A stretch of 64,000 bases of DNA from Eledone cirrhosa (GCA_964016885.1 OZ024752.1:22878001-22942000); one strand, 5' to 3'; counted from the first letter of the stretch, positions 39,905-52,149 are shown. Notes: generated by a model from the letters alone, not told the origin. Numbers and translations: made by a program.

Positions 39905-40270
39905 ACCCTGAGAGGGGCGTGGGGGCAGAGACCTCAAACACTCCCTCTATCAGGTCCTGTCAGAAGCAACCGTCTCCAACTGATCCAGCTAGATCCCCAA
40001 GCAAGACCAGCCAAGATCATGGATGTTATCCAACCATCTTGCTCAGGGTCTACCCCTGGGTCTCTTGCCTGTTGGTTTTGCCTATAAAACCTGTCCAGCG
40101 ATTCTTTCTGAGATATTCTAATCACATGTCTAAAGTATTGGAGCTGTGATGTCTCAATTCGGAGAAGTAATGGCTCTACCAGGAGTGACTCTCTAATCGC
40201 CGAGTTCTGCACTTTATCAAGTAACGTTACTCCAAAGATCCTTAGGAGGAATCCCATTTTGGCTGCTTGT
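39905..40270 (-). mobile_element. RTE-type LINE 3' fragment (another family). Copies near 35895-36310, 38175-38480, 60510-61130
   Basis: MGFLLRIFGVTLLDKVQNSAIRESL.VEPLLLRIE..QLQYFRHV; (GAA/GAT)n tail. Confidence 0.8.
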
Positions 40271-40763
40271 ATTCAATTATATAGGTTGATTCTTATAAAT
40301 AATAATTGTTTCTACATTTGGCACAAGGCCAGCAATTACCCAGTACATTACTGGTACTTTACTTTATCGACCCCGTAAGGATGAAAGGCAAAGTTAACCT
40401 CGGCGGGATTTGAACTCGGACCATAAAGGGACATAACTATGCTGTAAAACATGGTGTCCAACCTTCTACCGATACTGTCAATTCACCGCATAATAATGAT
40501 GTTGTTTTTGTTTCATTTATATGCCATCATCATCAGCATCCTCTTTCCTTGAAGGCATGAGTTGGACAGTTTGTCATGGTTGGAAACCATGTAAGATTAG
40601 CCTAATCTTGCTCATTACGTTCATCCAGCCTTAGAAGCTGTGCCAAATTGCCATCATTAACCCATTAGCATTTAAACCGGCCATATCTAGCCAGAATTCT
40701 CTCACCCCTTTCTGTTCAAACCGGCTCTACTGGCTGCTCATACTGACATTAAGGTATTGTTCT

Positions 40764-40874
40764 CAAAATAAATAATATCAAAATAAATAATATCAAAATA
40801 AATAATATCAAAATAAATAATATCAAAATAAATAATATCAAAATAAATAATATCAAAATAAATAATATCAAAAT
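40764..40874. repeat. 15-bp tandem (caaaataaataatat) x7 expanded inside a MITE
   Basis: Present as a single unit in other copies of the same MITE. Confidence 0.92.
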
Positions 40875-41799
40875 CTCATAGATTCAATATTGTGTGAGGT
40901 AATTATGTGAGGTAAAGCCTTTACCATGAAAATATAATAGTATATATAGAGTAATGCTATATTTACGCAAAGTTGACCATGGCGGGATTTGAACTCTGAG
41001 AACAGAAAGTCGGAACGAATATTGTAAAGCATTCTATCTGACGTTATAACGACTCTGCCAACTTGCTGCCTTAATATAATCCTACATACCCCTAAAAAGA
41101 TTGAATTGTCATGACTGGAATGCCTTTGATCATAGATTTGCAATGAAAGCTGACATAGGGAGATTAAACAGCAACTTGCTTGAATTGCAGCGTACAAGTG
41201 GACTGAAAGAGCAGCTGAATATTTAAAGCTTCAGTCAATGTATAAAGAATAAATAAAGGCACTAGTAAAGACATGAAAAGGGCTGTTTGCTGTTAATGGA
41301 CAGAATCTTTAAAAAATAATAAATGAAGATGTTTTGGTTAGATCTTGGGACTCTAGGACTTCTTTACAGATGAGATGATAGAAAACTAAAATTATTAACA
41401 ATATATTGTATGACAGACAAATCCAACTCATCTAAGACAGGTGCTTCAGCCATATCCCTCCTCCCCCTTCATTTTTTTCTCTTTTTTTTCAGACATTGAA
41501 TCATATTAGGCAATATGATTTTTTTTTATAGGGTATGATTTGAGAGAAATTCTTTTGCTATTTTTAGTAGGTTGAGCAACCACATAGAGGTCTCCCTTAT
41601 TGGTCAATTGTTTTTTATATTTACATCCCCTACTTTCTTACTAGTTACTTAATTAACTGTGAAGTAGAAGTATGCCTTATTTCAAGTTTGATTAATTTCC
41701 AGTGAACTGAAGCAAACAATGATGTACTTATAATTGGTGCTCAATTTACTCATTTTCATTTGCTGCTAGAAAAAATTGGAGGAGAGAGGGTTAATTATG

Positions 41800-42060
41800 T
41801 GGAGGCACATGGCCTAATGAAAGTGTGTAGGACTTACAATATTAATGTTGTGGGTTTGATTCCTAGTTCTGGGCTGGGTTCTGTGTTGTGTACTTAAACA
41901 AAACACTTTATTTCATGTTGCTCCAGCATTGCTTGGGGTTTAACCCTGCAATGTATGGGCATCCTGTCCAGGTGGAAGTCTTGTACTCTCAGTTACTTTA
42001 CACCATAGAAACTGGGATAAGCAGTGGCCTGATGAGCCACCAGGCTTGAGATAGATTTTT
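41800..42060 (+). mobile_element. Second tRNA-derived SINE family (CORE-like). Related copies near 2996-3205, 26540-26735(-), 56320-56465(-), 59805-60115
   Basis: A/B-box-like head and shared gtgt.cttg.gcaag.cactttatttcac.ttgct.cag body. Confidence 0.65.
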
Positions 42061-42184
42061 TTAGGGGTTAATTATCATAAAATTATTTATAATAAAGAAG
42101 TTAGATTTTCAACCTTTTGGCTAGGTTATAAACAGGATAAAAATCAAATTACAATATTACATTTTCTTTCATGTGATGTACTAA

Positions 42185-42485
42185 CATCGTCATCATCATT
42201 ATACGTCTGCTTTTCCTTGCTTGCAAGGGTTGGATAAGTCCTATTCAGCACAGCATCTCTCCACTTGTCACAGTCCTTCATCATCTCCTCGGTGAGTTTC
42301 AGCGATCTGAGGTCAGTTCTCACCACCTCCGCCCATGTTTTTCGTGGTCTACCTCTACTGCGTCTTCCTTCTACTGGTATTTCTTGACACTTCTTTACCC
42401 AGCGGTCATCCTCCATGCGCATCACATGTCCATACCATCTCAGCCTTCTCTCCTGCACACCACAACTTATCCCTCTTATACCCAT
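42185..42485 (-). mobile_element. RTE LINE 3' fragment (same family as 30817-32134)
   Basis: RRLRWYGHVMRMEDDRWVKKC...RGRPRKTW. Confidence 0.9.
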
Positions 42486-43363
42486 ACATTGTTTGAAATA
42501 TCATAACAGATGTATCTCTTAGTTTTAGGTACTTGTCTTGGAAATGGCTGAATAGTTTAACTGGATTTGAAAGTCTAGATATTTCTTTGTTCTTTTGTAG
42601 ACTACTTTAGACTTTGGGAAAATACATCACTTCTGTTTACATAGCTAAAAAAAAAAAAAATAGAATGTTGAGACCGTTCTAAGATATTCTATCTAGTTAA
42701 ACGTGTCTTCATTGACTCAGTTTATATTTAGAAATAAATCCTCTTGGATCTTCAATAGCAATAAATATATTGAAAAATCTAGAATAAGTAGGACAGGCGG
42801 CCATCATTATCGTTATTTCCACTATCACGACCAATAAAGAAATCATTATCATTATCTTAATTAATTTTGTTGCTCAGTTTTTGTATACTTTTCCATGATA
42901 ACGTTGATAAAATGTGTAACTCGTACAAAATTGAATTAGACAACCAACATCATCATCATCATTTTACGTCCGCTTTTCCCTGCTTGCAAGGGTGGGACAC
43001 AACATATGATATTTAATGAAGATGATATGATATTTAATGAAGATGTAAATTTGAACTTTGGTTTATCATATTTTTTTTTTCATTGAACTGCTTCATCAGT
43101 TGTTAGCTGTCGGACACTGCATCCTTCAAAACTTCCATGCTTCCTGAAATTCGCCAACACTACACCTGATATTTCCCTCTCCATACACATGCATGTGTGT
43201 GTGTATCATGACTCATACACTGTTCAGTTTCCTGACTTTTGTACAGTATTCTATGCACAATACACAATAATTTTCATTATTATTATTATTTTTCATTATG
43301 TTTATTCTTGATGTTATGTAACTTCTCTAATTAATGTGTCATAAACAATTTGCTGATTCACAG

Positions 43364-43555
43364 GAAGATGGTCCTTTGACAAAACATGAGTTGATATTCC
43401 AATATGCTTTCCAGTATGCAATTACTGTTTTAAGTATTGCATGTCCCTGTGCTTTGGGTTTAGCTACACCCACAGCAGTAATGGTTGGTACAGGGGTTGG
43501 TGCCACTAATGGCATTCTCATCAAAGGTGGTGAACCACTGGAATTGACCCATAAG
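43364..43555 (+). CDS. ATP7: ATP7 TM6 exon, copy A (canonical): [64 protein letters not shown]
   Basis: tcacag|GAA acceptor and AAG|gtaagc donor, 192 nt, phase 0-0. Contains the CPC motif. Confidence 0.95.
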
Positions 43556-44346
43556 GTAAGCTGTAGGTAACAATATGAAGTTAGATGATTTATAGAAAAT
43601 TTTTCTTTACCTTGTTAACACTGAATTTCTTTATTTACAGATACATCTACTTTCCTTTCAAGATACAAACATTTAACATTGCCTGTGTGTGTATACATAT
43701 GTGTCCATCAGCTACATATATCATAGGTTGAGGCAGTTTTACTTAGTCTTGTATAACTGGACAGCTTTAGTGGTATGATAGCCTTTTAAATGATCTTACA
43801 GATATGGATATCACATATGTTCAAATTCCTTATTTAGATCAGGGTTGGTTATATAAATACTCATAGACATAAGCTGTATGTTGAGAATGTAAAGTAAGAA
43901 TCTCATCTGTTACTTATATTCATCATGCAACTTCTCTTCTTTTGGGAATTTTAACCAAGGGTGGGTTTAAGGTTAGTACTGCAAACATACAACTATATGT
44001 TCATTGTAGGGAGACGAAAGAAATATTAATGTTGGAAGTATTTTGGCCCACTTTGTACCATTACTGATATCTGCAACAATATAGGAAGGTGGGTTGTAAC
44101 AGTCAGACATCTACTGTTGCTATTAATGATGATATCACACAGAAGGTTTTAGTATAGCTTCTGTGTGAGACTTCTTTTAGTTCTTTTATTTAACTAATAT
44201 TTATCTCTCGGTTGTTTACAGGTGGATAGCAGTGAAATCTTGAAAATATCTGATCTTCAACACTTCCTAGCATCTCTTCTTGGGCAAATATATCGTTATT
44301 AAGGCTTGAAAATATTGAACTGACATATTTCTTACTCCATCTTCAG

Positions 44347-44541
44347 GCTAATGGTACATGGCACCATCGTCTTCGTTTGATATTTACTGCTGCTGTCCAG
44401 TACTCACTCACAGTTTTAACAGTGGCTTGCCCATGTGGTCTTGGTCTCGCCACACCCACAGCCATTGTTGTAAGTCTTGGGGTAGGCTCCAGTATTGGCC
44501 TTCTTATCAAAGGTGGGATTCCTTTGGAAAATATATCAAAG
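44347..44541 (+). CDS. ATP7: ATP7 TM6 exon, copy B (divergent duplicate, candidate mutually exclusive exon): [65 protein letters not shown]
   Basis: Polypyrimidine tract with cttcag|GCT acceptor and AAG|gtaaga donor. 195 nt, no stops, phase 0-0, CPC retained. Confidence 0.8.
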
Positions 44542-45056
44542 GTAAGATGGTCAGTACAGCATAACCAAACGCTGGTGATGGGCTTACACCATTTTCTTTT
44601 GCTATGGTGAATGAAGTTGCCTATCCTCTGCTCTTACCTCAAATTCCTTTCAAAGAAACTGGAATCCTCAAACCCATCAGCTATGTTGTTTTTTTTTTGA
44701 AGCTTTCAATTATTCCAACAACCTTTAAGAGAAGAAAAATTATATTTTCTCATCCACCCCACTGATTAGATTTGGGTTTTTAGAAATTCTTTATTAGCCT
44801 AATTTTATATTTATTTATTTATAAAAGTATTTTCCCAAATGTTTGTATGCTGAAGGTGAAGGTTATTGATGTCTCTGTCAGTAAACATTTTTGTCATCAA
44901 CAAATATATTGTTATGTCATTGATATTTCATTACAAACAAGATTATTATTTGATGGGTTTTGTTACCATGAAATCATATTAATAAAAAACAAAGCAGAAA
45001 TGTTAAATAACTTATTATCGGTATGTTATTAATAATGGTTTTTAAATTAGGCAATT

Positions 45057-45256
45057 NNNNNNNNNNNNNNNNNNNNNNNNNNNNNNNNNNNNNNNNNNNN
45101 NNNNNNNNNNNNNNNNNNNNNNNNNNNNNNNNNNNNNNNNNNNNNNNNNNNNNNNNNNNNNNNNNNNNNNNNNNNNNNNNNNNNNNNNNNNNNNNNNNNN
45201 NNNNNNNNNNNNNNNNNNNNNNNNNNNNNNNNNNNNNNNNNNNNNNNNNNNNNNNN
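45057..45256. other. Assembly gap (200 N)
   Basis: Run of N; the round size suggests a placeholder of unknown true length. Confidence 0.99.
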
Positions 45257-45469
45257 ATGTTACTTATGCGAGCGACGACAGATGATTGAAGGGAGATATG
45301 GAAACTAAAACAGTGTTGTCATATAGAGAGTGAAGAGCGACAGAGAGAGTAAAGCAGTTAAATTATAGAGAGAGGGAAGAGCGATGGAGAGAGTAAAGCT
45401 AAGAAACTATAGGGAATTGTTTAGGATACATACATACATTCATACATAATACACACGATACACAGCTTT

Positions 45470-45496
45470 ATAATATTATAGATATATATATAATAT

Positions 45497-45541
<45 letters not shown>

Positions 45542-45625
45542 TATATATATAATATATATATATATATATAATATATATATATATATAATATATATATATA
45601 TATAATATATATATATATATAATAT

Positions 45626-45674
<49 letters not shown>

Positions 45675-45683
45675 TATATATAT
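45470..45683. repeat. (TA)n microsatellite
   Basis: Direct reading. Confidence 0.95.
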
Positions 45684-45828
45684 CCCACCCTTGCAAGCAG
45701 GGAAAAGCGGACGTAAAATGATGATGATGATGATGATGATTTAAGAGTTAAACAAGATTCAATGAATACATCAAAGAATGAGTTTTACAATAGATTGGAA
45801 GCACTCTACAAAAAATGTTTTCCAGAGT

Positions 45829-46151
45829 TATTAATATTAATTCAAAATATTAACAAAATAGATATTCTTGTGATCAATTATAATTTATTATACATATTTC
45901 AGAGGTACTGAATTAAGTTCAACAGTACGTCCTCATCAGATAAAATAAAATGATGCATGACATACCCTGACATGGTAGATGGTTAAGATTTAATGAAGGT
46001 AAATCTTAACCATCTGCCATGTCAGGGTATGTCATGTATCATTTTATTTTATCTGATGAGGACGTACTGTTGAACTTAATTCAGTACCTCTGAAATATGT
46101 ATAATAAAATATAATTGATCACAAGAATATCTATTTTGTTAATATTTTGAA

Positions 46152-46160
<9 letters not shown>
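45829..46160. repeat. Near-perfect palindrome (arms about 160 bp), each arm carrying a family-2 hammerhead: 45882-45946(-) and 46046-46110(+)
   Basis: Centre gatggttaagattta-atgaagg-taaatcttaaccatc. The + arm reads attttat-CUGAUGA-...-GAAA-UAUGUA-UA-ataaaat. Confidence 0.85.
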
Positions 46161-46184
<24 letters not shown>

Positions 46185-46185
46185 A

Positions 46186-47045
46186 TCTAGGGCGGGTAAA
46201 ATTCCCGAGATCCATGGACGAGTTCTCTGCAGCGGTCTTTGTCCCTCATTATCGCTGCCATGTCCTGCGTGTCCAACAGACCAGTGTCTGTCCTTAGGGC
46301 ATCAACATATGTTACCCCTTGGTCTTCCTCTTCCAGTGTGTCCATGTAGGAGCTCCCACAGGAGCACTGAGTGCAGTGTCCAACTCTGGATGTCGGTGAG
46401 CATGTCCAGCTAACCTCAGTCTCCTCTGTGTCACTTTTGAGCTGACTTTTGGGAGGCTCTCATACAGCTCTGAGTTCTTCATCTTCAGTGTATACTGATT
46501 AATGTTCAGAGCCATCCTCAGCATTCTCGTGTAGCACCCAGCCACCATCTGAGTGAGTTTCTTGGTCAGTGTCCAAGTCTCAGACCCGTACAGCAGCACA
46601 GACTCCATCACAGCAATGAAGAGGTGGATTTCAGGTCTTTACGAAAGTCCGACTTCCACACCGATCTCAAGCTGTGGCACGCCGCCCAGGCCTTGCTCTT
46701 CCTCTCAACCACATCATCTTCCGTATTCCCAATCTTTGCTCCCAAATACAGGAAGTCCTCAACCAATTCTAGCGGCTTCCCGCCTACATTAGTAATCCCC
46801 TCTGGCTTCTCAACATTCTCTACCAGATATTTTGTTTTAGTCTCATTCATTCTCAGCCCCACACTCATCAACACAGTCTCAACCTCCCGCATCAAATCCT
46901 CTGCCTCCTTCACTGTATTTGTCACCAAAACTATGTCGTTTGCAAATTCAGCATCCGATATCTTTTTCGCCTTAACTCTCCTGCTGTGAGCCGGTGCTAG
47001 TGTAAAGCCAGAGTTCAGTGCAAGGCGCATACAATAGTCCACTAC
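46186..47045 (-). mobile_element. RTE-group LINE 3' portion, frameshifted
   Basis: EFANDIVL (decayed FADD), FLYLG, VLLYGSETWTL and RRLRLAGH. Confidence 0.85.
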
Positions 47046-47454
47046 GATGTTAGGTAATTCTGAAGGAAAAGCAAAGGAAAAAAGAGTTCTCTATGTATAG
47101 AACAGAGCTATTTAATTAGAAAGTGAATAACACAAATATAACTACTCCATTACCAAAGGTTCTGGATCACAGACGATAACAATATTCGTCTGGATCGGTC
47201 GTCAGACAGAGATGTTATAGATAAAAGATATGAAATGAGATTTAAAATCTGTTAAAAATTGGAAGTGAGGCTGGAAAAATAAAGGGAAATATACGTAAGG
47301 AAAGAAGGGTAAGAAAAATAATATATAGAAAAGCAAAATATATAAAAAAAAAAGGCAGATGTGTATTAATGCTCTGTTCTATACATAGAGCACACGTTTT
47401 TTCCTTTGCTTTCTCTTCGGAATCACCTAACACATATATTTTTATATATATTTT

Positions 47455-50400
47455 ATGGGTAGATAAGGTAATTGACGTAAATAGAGTGAATGTCAGAATA
47501 ATTAAATTAAGACTAGTTCTAAATATAACTACTGTGACAATAATATCTGCTTATGCACCCCAATCTGTGACGTTATAAAGGACAGGTTCTATGAGATGTT
47601 AATGCATACTACCTCCCAAATAACCGACAGCAACTACTTAATTATTGCTGGCAATCTAAACGGTCACATTGGACAACATAGTGATGGCTATGATGGAATC
47701 CATGGAGACTATGGGTTTGGTAATAGAAATGAGGAGGCTTCAGAATCCTGGAATTCTGTGACGCAAATAGCCTAACTATCTGTAAGACAAACTTCAAAAA
47801 ACGTGAAAACCACTTGATCACCTATAGATTATGTCCTTACTAGTGTCTGTTGTAAACACTAAATCCCTCCCCCGTGAAGAATGCACCTTCCAACATAGCC
47901 TAGTAGTTAGTGACCTCATAGTCAGAAAAAGACGTACTCGACGACAGAGGAGGCCTACCTTGAGGAGAAGAATATGGAAGTTGAAGGACCCCATAACCAG
48001 TGACAAATTTAAAAGCTTATTACTTGATGCCTTTGACAATAAAGAAGAGCCATTAGAGACGTGTCATATAGAGGAACAGTGGCAATTCTTGAAAGTGAAC
48101 CTGCTGAAAGCAACGGATGAAATCTGTGGCTGGAGCAGACATATAGGCAGGAGGAGAGTAACGTGGTGGTGGAACAGTAAGGTGGAGGAGACAATCAAGG
48201 CTAAAAATGTAGGCTTGGAAAGTATGGCAGGATGGGGTAAGTAGAGAGCACTATCAAGTGGCCAGGAGAGAAGCTAGGAGACAAGTGTACCTTGCAAAAA
48301 GGGAAGCAGAGGATAGAAAGTTCAAGCATGTTCTACAACGTGAGGACCAAAAACGTGAGGTGTTCAGGATTGCTAAACAATGTGTCAAGGATAACCGTGA
48401 TATTGTCGGGGAGAAGTGTCCGTAATGATAACGGTGTGCTTGCCCTCACTGATACTGATGAGAAGTGTCACTACGAGAGACTATTAAATGAGGAGAATAA
48501 ATGGGAAAAAGATAGTCTGCCCCAAATCGATCCAATAGAAGGACCAGCGGTGCAAGTTAAAGGTAGTATAATAAGTAAGGCAATCAAAGATATGAAGACA
48601 GGCAAGGCAGCTGGGCCTTCGGAGATAGTTGCTGAGATGTTGAAGGCATCTGGTATGGTGGGACACACTAGGTCACCCGTATAGTTAACCAAGCAATACA
48701 AAATGGGGTCATACTGAAAGACTGGCGTAGCAGCATCATCATTAACTGCTACAAGGATAAAAGGGATGCTCTAGATAGGGGAAACTATAGAGGCATTAAG
48801 TTAGTTGACCAGGTCATGAAGGTCACAGAAAGAGTTATAGCGCAACTAATCAGAGAGCGAATTGATCTAGATGAAATGCAGTTTGGGTTTGTGTCAGGTA
48901 AAAGTACCACAGATGCTCTTTTCCTGGTACGACAACTACAAGAGAAACTACCTAGCTAAAAGTAAACCCCTTTACTTAGTTTTTGTAGACCTGGAGAAAG
49001 CCTTTGACAGAATCCCCTGCTCCATTATCTGGTAGGCTCTTAGAAAACTAGGTGTAGATGAATGGCTTGTGAGAGCTATACAAACTATGTATAATGAAAC
49101 AGTCAGTAAGGTTAGAATTAACAATGAATATTGTGAAGAATATAGTGTAAAAGTTGGCGTTCATCAAGGCTCAGTCCTTAGCCCCCTCCTATTTATTATT
49201 GCCCTTCAGGCTATAACAGAGGAGTTCAAGACCGGCTGCTCATGGGAACTCCTATACGCAGATGATCTAACGCTCATAGCTGAATCAATAGCTGAACTAG
49301 AGAAGAAATTTCAAACATGGAAGCATGGCCTAGAATCAAAAGGCCTTAAAGATAACTTGTCTAAGACTAAAGTTCTAGTTTGTAGAAAGGAAAATAGGGC
49401 ACAGATGCCCTCAGGGAAATGGCCATGCTCAGTGTGTAGGAAAGGAGTAGGCAGAAATTACATTTTATGTCCCAAATGCAAAGTATGGGTACATAAAAGA
49501 TGTAGTGGGATCACAGGTAAACTATCTAAGAACGTAGACTTTATATGTGGCCAATGTTCAGGTGCAATAAGTAGCAAGTGTCCACAGGATACTAGCTCCT
49601 TCTATTGCCCAGATGGTTCTATAGAAAATAGTCGACACTTTCCGTTACCTGGGTGATGAAATCAGCAGTGGAGGAGGGTGTTCTGAAAGTACAGTTGCCA
49701 GAGTCAGAATGGGATGGAAAAAGTTCAGAGAGCTTATAGTGCTGTTGGCCACAAAAGGTTTCTCTCTAAAAATGAAAGGCAGATTGTATGATGCCTGTAT
49801 AAGAACAGCAATGCTACATGGCAGTGAGACATGGGCATTACGTGCAGAGGACCTGCGCAGACTGGAAAGGAATGAAGCATGCATGCTCCGTTGGATGTGT
49901 AATAGTGATATACGTGAATGGCAAAGCATAAATGAACTAAGTGAGAAATTAGGAATAAGAGGGATCAGATGCTGTTTACTTGAGAGAAGACTACGTTGGT
50001 ATGGTCACATGATGCACATGAAAGACGACAGCTGCATAAAAAAGTGCAGGGCGATCAAAATTGATGGTAGTTACGGAGTAGGTAGACCCAGAAAAACCTG
50101 GGCTATCTGATAAATTCCGACCTTACACACTTGTTCTTCTCTAAGACAATGTCACTGGACTGAGATCTTTGGCGCTATGCAGTAATACAGAAGACCCGCC
50201 TTGCCTATGTACAAAGTGAAACCTACATTCAGTAGGCACCTCCTAACCAAATATACACCCCAATCCACTACCTCTACCCTATCCTCCCACTCCCACCAAC
50301 ACCACCCTCTCTCTGTAAAGTTGGTACCACAACATCCAGTTCAAATAAATGAGATAGAGATCGTGTAGGTGTCACAACAAAAAAAAACAAAAAAAACACA

Positions 50401-50620
50401 CAGTCCACACTGTAATGTGGTCGTGTAGGTAACAGTAAAAAGTTTCCAGTTCCACACTGAAAATGTGATTGGAGTTAGGAAGGGCATCCAGCCGTATAAA
50501 GCCTGCCAGATAGTCCTATACAAGCGAGACACGGTCACCCGACCAACCTTGCCTCAAGTGGCACAACACCCGTCTAACCCATGCTAGCGTGGAAGATGGA
50601 TGTTAAACAATGATGATGAT
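47455..50620 (+). mobile_element. RTE-clade LINE, decayed, nearly full ORF with 3' UTR and (GAT)n tail
   Basis: APE (TIISAYAPQ), RT (ELLYADD), PHD-like finger and GRPRKTW; many frameshifts. Confidence 0.9.
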
Positions 50621-50655
50621 GTACATATATATATGTGCATGCATGTATGCATGTG

Positions 50656-50692
<37 letters not shown>

Positions 50693-51309
50693 GTATGTGT
50701 GTATATATTTGAATGTGTGTGTATGTATAATCTCACTGTAGAACAACTCTAATCCATGAATATGAATACAATAAGACCAATTTACAATCCATTACTATAA
50801 CTAACTAAAAACATTCAATACAAACATTAACTAAAATATAATTTAACATATGTAATGGATGGGAAATCAATAACTTTGATATTCTCCACACATACAAATT
50901 TGAACTCTACAGAAACTATCATCGCATTACATCCTCCATAATACTCTAACATATTCGCTTAAAGTGCTTGTATTTTATGTAATACCTTGCCATACAGTAT
51001 TTATATATGCCTAATACCTTTGCTTGTTTCCTCCGTATATATGACTAACGCATGTGCAATCTCTACACGCTTGAATATATACTTTCTAAATGCCTCTTTA
51101 ATTATTAGACTATTCTCTTGTATTATCTGTTGCATGTATTCCACTCTGTGCTTTTAATTTTAATTTGAATTATTGTACAATTCTCGTATAATATATGTCG
51201 CATCCATTACACCCTGTAAATACGAAACTGTTGTTCACAACATCAATATATATGTATCTATATGATTGTTCAATTGAATAGGAGGTTAATTATATGTACA
51301 AACATTGAT

Positions 51310-51361
51310 AATGCTCCGATGACTCCAAACTAAAGTTTGGAAGAAACAATTGTCAGCGATT
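51310..51361 (+). ncRNA. Degenerate type I hammerhead motif (family 3; core U4>C)
   Basis: aatgct-CCGAUGA-c(uccaaac-uaaa-guuugga)a-GAAA-CAAUUG-UC-agcgatt. Confidence 0.6.
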
Positions 51362-52149
51362 AAATGATTTGCACATAACTTTAATATTTGTGTAATTTAT
51401 ATTACTGCTCTGTAAAACACCTGATGTTCTTATATTGAGCTATTTATCTTACTGGTAATAAGGTAGTAATAAATTACTCACCTTTCCTGTTTATAGTTGT
51501 TTATAGTGTAGTATATACATAGCTATAAATAGTATCATTATTATTATATATATTTTTATATATATGTGGTTACTCGTGTATGTATATATGCATATATATG
51601 TGTATATAATATATGTGAGTATATATATGTATTTGAATATGTCTGTATATGTTTTTATATGTGTATGTCTATCTGTATATATGCATATGTATATGTGTAT
51701 GTCCGTGTTCATGTATGTTTGTATATATATATGTATATATACAGGTATGTATATATACATATATATATATTTTCCTTTTATCAGAATGTGTGTATGTGTG
51801 TGTATATGTATGTACACATATGTCTTTTTCTATATTGCTATATATTTTTACTTTTATCAATTATTGCTGTATTTATCATTTCACTAGCTTCCACAACACA
51901 TTTATTTTTTACCCTAGTTTTCTTTTCCCATGCTGTCTCTCTACGAAGTCATCTATTCTCTTCCTCTCTCTTACACTATTATTAGTGTTGTTGTATTTAT
52001 CATTTCACTGTCTCTACGAAGTCATCTACTCCCTTCGATATCCTAATATTAACATTTCGCCTTGTCTAATATTTTGCCATGAGATGCTATAGGCCATGAT
52101 GGCTACCTATCTCACAATTTCCCTCCCTCCCTCCCACCACCATAGCCTA

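Noticed and set aside
42005-42055. GAAAC...CTGATGAGCC as a type II hammerhead (also near 3175)
   Set aside because: It is part of a SINE 3' region and lacks a valid UH site and stem I.
44222-44302. Possible extra exon after the tttacag acceptor between TM6 exons A and B
   Set aside because: It hits an in-frame TAA, has no donor and shows no ATP7 similarity.
44347-44541. Exon B as an uncollapsed haplotype or assembly duplicate
   Set aside because: About 45% amino-acid divergence and unrelated flanking introns are far beyond allelic variation.
44847-45032. ORF starting KVKVID as the missing DKTGT exon
   Set aside because: No FDKTGT motif and no good acceptor.
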